The position numbers were made by a program, and so were the translations under genes. Below are positions 62,635 through 64,000 of a stretch of DNA of 64,000 nt, in pieces; position 1 is the stretch's first letter, and each line of letters starts with the position of its first letter. The notes under the pieces are model-generated. The model did no database searches. It was given only the letters and a program-made list of their open reading frames with translations, and was not told where the DNA came from. This DNA comes from Candidatus Thorarchaeota archaeon (GTDB lineage: Archaea; Asgardarchaeota; Thorarchaeia; Thorarchaeales; Thorarchaeaceae): the NCBI GenBank assembly GCA_046758445.1, contig JBHIAE010000002.1, positions 74,073-138,072 on the forward strand. The letters are read 5' to 3'.

Positions 62635-63651
62635 ATGAATCGTAAGAATAGGATGGGATTAATCAAGAAGCTTGAAAATAACAGAGGCTCCAAGGTACTG
62701 GCGTATATTACTGGTGATAGGAGGGGGCTAGAAACCAAGATTGCTATGGATGTCTTTCCAATGTTTCACGAGCATCTTAGCCAGATTGGGAAACAGGATA
62801 GGATTGATCTCTTCATCTATAGTCCTGGCGGATTGACGATTGCAGGATATGCTCTAGTGAATCTCATTCGTGAGTTCTGCAATGACTTCAATGTCATCAT
62901 CCCATTCAAGGCTCTGAGCACAGCAACTATCATCGCTCTTGGGGCTAATGAGGTTCTAATGACACCTATGGGACAACTAAGTCCTATAGATCCATCAGTT
63001 GAGCATCCATTGGGTCCTATTGTCCAGATTCCTGGTCAAGCCCGTGGTGGAATAGCCCCGGTAAATGTAGAAGATGTAAATGCATTCGTTGACTTGGCTA
63101 GAAAGGAAATCGGGCTAAGGGAAGAAGAATCCATGAAGAAGGTCTTTGAGCTTTTGGCTGAGAAGATACACCCTCTAGTTCTAGGAGCAGTTCATAGATC
63201 ACGTGAGCAGATTGGTTTCTTGGCTTCAAACCTGATGAAGTACCACTGCAATGATGAAAATCAAATTGAAAATGTAGTCAACGTTCTGACAAGAGAGCGT
63301 TTCTCTCACAATTACATCATAAGTCGTAGAGAGGCTAAAGAGAATCTATGTTTGAACATAATCGAACCAGATGAAGAACAGACTGAGATTATTGTTGACT
63401 TGTTCAATGCATATGAACAGATACTCAAGCTGAGTGTTCCTTATCATCCCGAAACTACCTTAGGTGATCAAGAGGTCGGTTCAGCTGTGTTCAACAGAGG
63501 AATTATAGAATCAGCAAATATGACACATGTATTTAGGACCAACAAAGAGATAAGAAGAGCTGAGGTAAGACAACCAGGAATTCCAGTTCCAGTCTATGCG
63601 TATCCTGAGCGGCTCATTCAAGAAGGATGGCTTGTCGATAACGAATTATAA
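62635..63651 (+). CDS. SDH family ClpP-fold serine protease
   Basis: IDLFIYSPGG, KALSTAT, LSPIDP, SHNYII. Confidence 0.85.
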   Translation: MNRKNRMGLIKKLENNRGSKVLAYITGDRRGLETKIAMDVFPMFHEHLSQIGKQDRIDLFIYSPGGLTIAGYALVNLIREFCNDFNVIIPFKALSTATIIALGANEVLMTPMGQLSPIDPSVEHPLGPIVQIPGQARGGIAPVNVEDVNAFVDLARKEIGLREEESMKKVFELLAEKIHPLVLGAVHRSREQIGFLASNLMKYHCNDENQIENVVNVLTRERFSHNYIISRREAKENLCLNIIEPDEEQTEIIVDLFNAYEQILKLSVPYHPETTLGDQEVGSAVFNRGIIESANMTHVFRTNKEIRRAEVRQPGIPVPVYAYPERLIQEGWLVDNEL

Positions 63652-63662
63652 GGTGTGGTTCG

Positions 63663-63857
63663 TTGGAAGAAGAGAAGAAGAAACTCCCCGTGTTTGAAAC
63701 CTCAAATACGAGTGGGCTCACTTCCATTCAACAACTAACAGATGACACTCCGAATGAAGTCTTTACAATCAGGCATAGCACATCCGGGACAGAAACTGTG
63801 CTTTTAGTGGAGCCTCCTGAAGAGGCAGAGGAGCAAGAAGAAACAGATGAAGAATGA
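63663..63857 (+). CDS. Small acidic hypothetical protein
   Basis: ORF after a GGTG RBS-like motif; Glu-rich tail. Confidence 0.45.
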   Translation: MEEEKKKLPVFETSNTSGLTSIQQLTDDTPNEVFTIRHSTSGTETVLLVEPPEEAEEQEETDEE

Positions 63858-63892
63858 ATTCCATCTTCATTAAATGACATTTCAACAATGTA

Positions 63893-63971
63893 GAGAGAAG
63901 TGTAGGCGGCGGTGATAGAGAGATTGGGGATCTGCCCTTCTGTCACTGTTGAGCACCCTTTCTCTTTTGCA
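63893..63971 (+). repeat. Partial 16S trailer, copy D
   Basis: GAGAGAAGT...GCGGTG...TGCCCT...TCACTGTTGAGCACCCTTT matches copy A. Confidence 0.8.
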
Positions 63972-64000
63972 CTCATCTATCCGTACTAGCATAATCATTA

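Larger units (their letters stand above)
49769..64000. mobile_element. Tandem island at the 16S rRNA 3' end (may continue beyond the window)
   Basis: Repeated 16S 3' trailer copies delimit units carrying a giant nuclease gene, TnpB plus guides, and mer cargo. Confidence 0.75.

Overview
Archaeal chromosome window, about 50% GC. The 16S sequence, unlinked rRNA gene and gene content suggest an Asgard archaeon, probably Thorarchaeia (inference). Bases 1-47.7 kb are ordinary metabolic and housekeeping genes (acs, AOR, CoA-transferase-GNAT, two HDAC-family genes, PolX-PHP, pyrH, valS, class I aldolase) plus two intron-containing tRNAs (Leu-CAA, Ala-CGC). The right third is unusual. A stand-alone 16S rRNA gene (~48135-49787) is interrupted by five 30-31 nt hairpin/bulge-helix-bulge mini-introns at highly conserved positions. 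Downstream lies a tandem island punctuated by repeated copies of the 16S 3' end and processing trailer. It carries an arsR-merA-merB cassette, a 1717-aa protein with a RecB/Cas4-like nuclease motif (plus a truncated paralog) and a TnpB/Cas12f-like nuclease with a Fanzor-type rearranged RuvC. Immediately after that nuclease is a mini-array of GTCGG-ended repeats. Its three spacers match the INTRON-LESS 16S gene on both strands, each next to the same 5'-CGGAT motif (putative TAM), and in this host each target is broken within 2-6 nt of that motif by one of the mini-introns. This looks like an RNA-guided, rDNA-targeting selfish system in which spliceable mini-introns provide immunity or are the homing cargo. 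The mechanism is inferred, not demonstrated.
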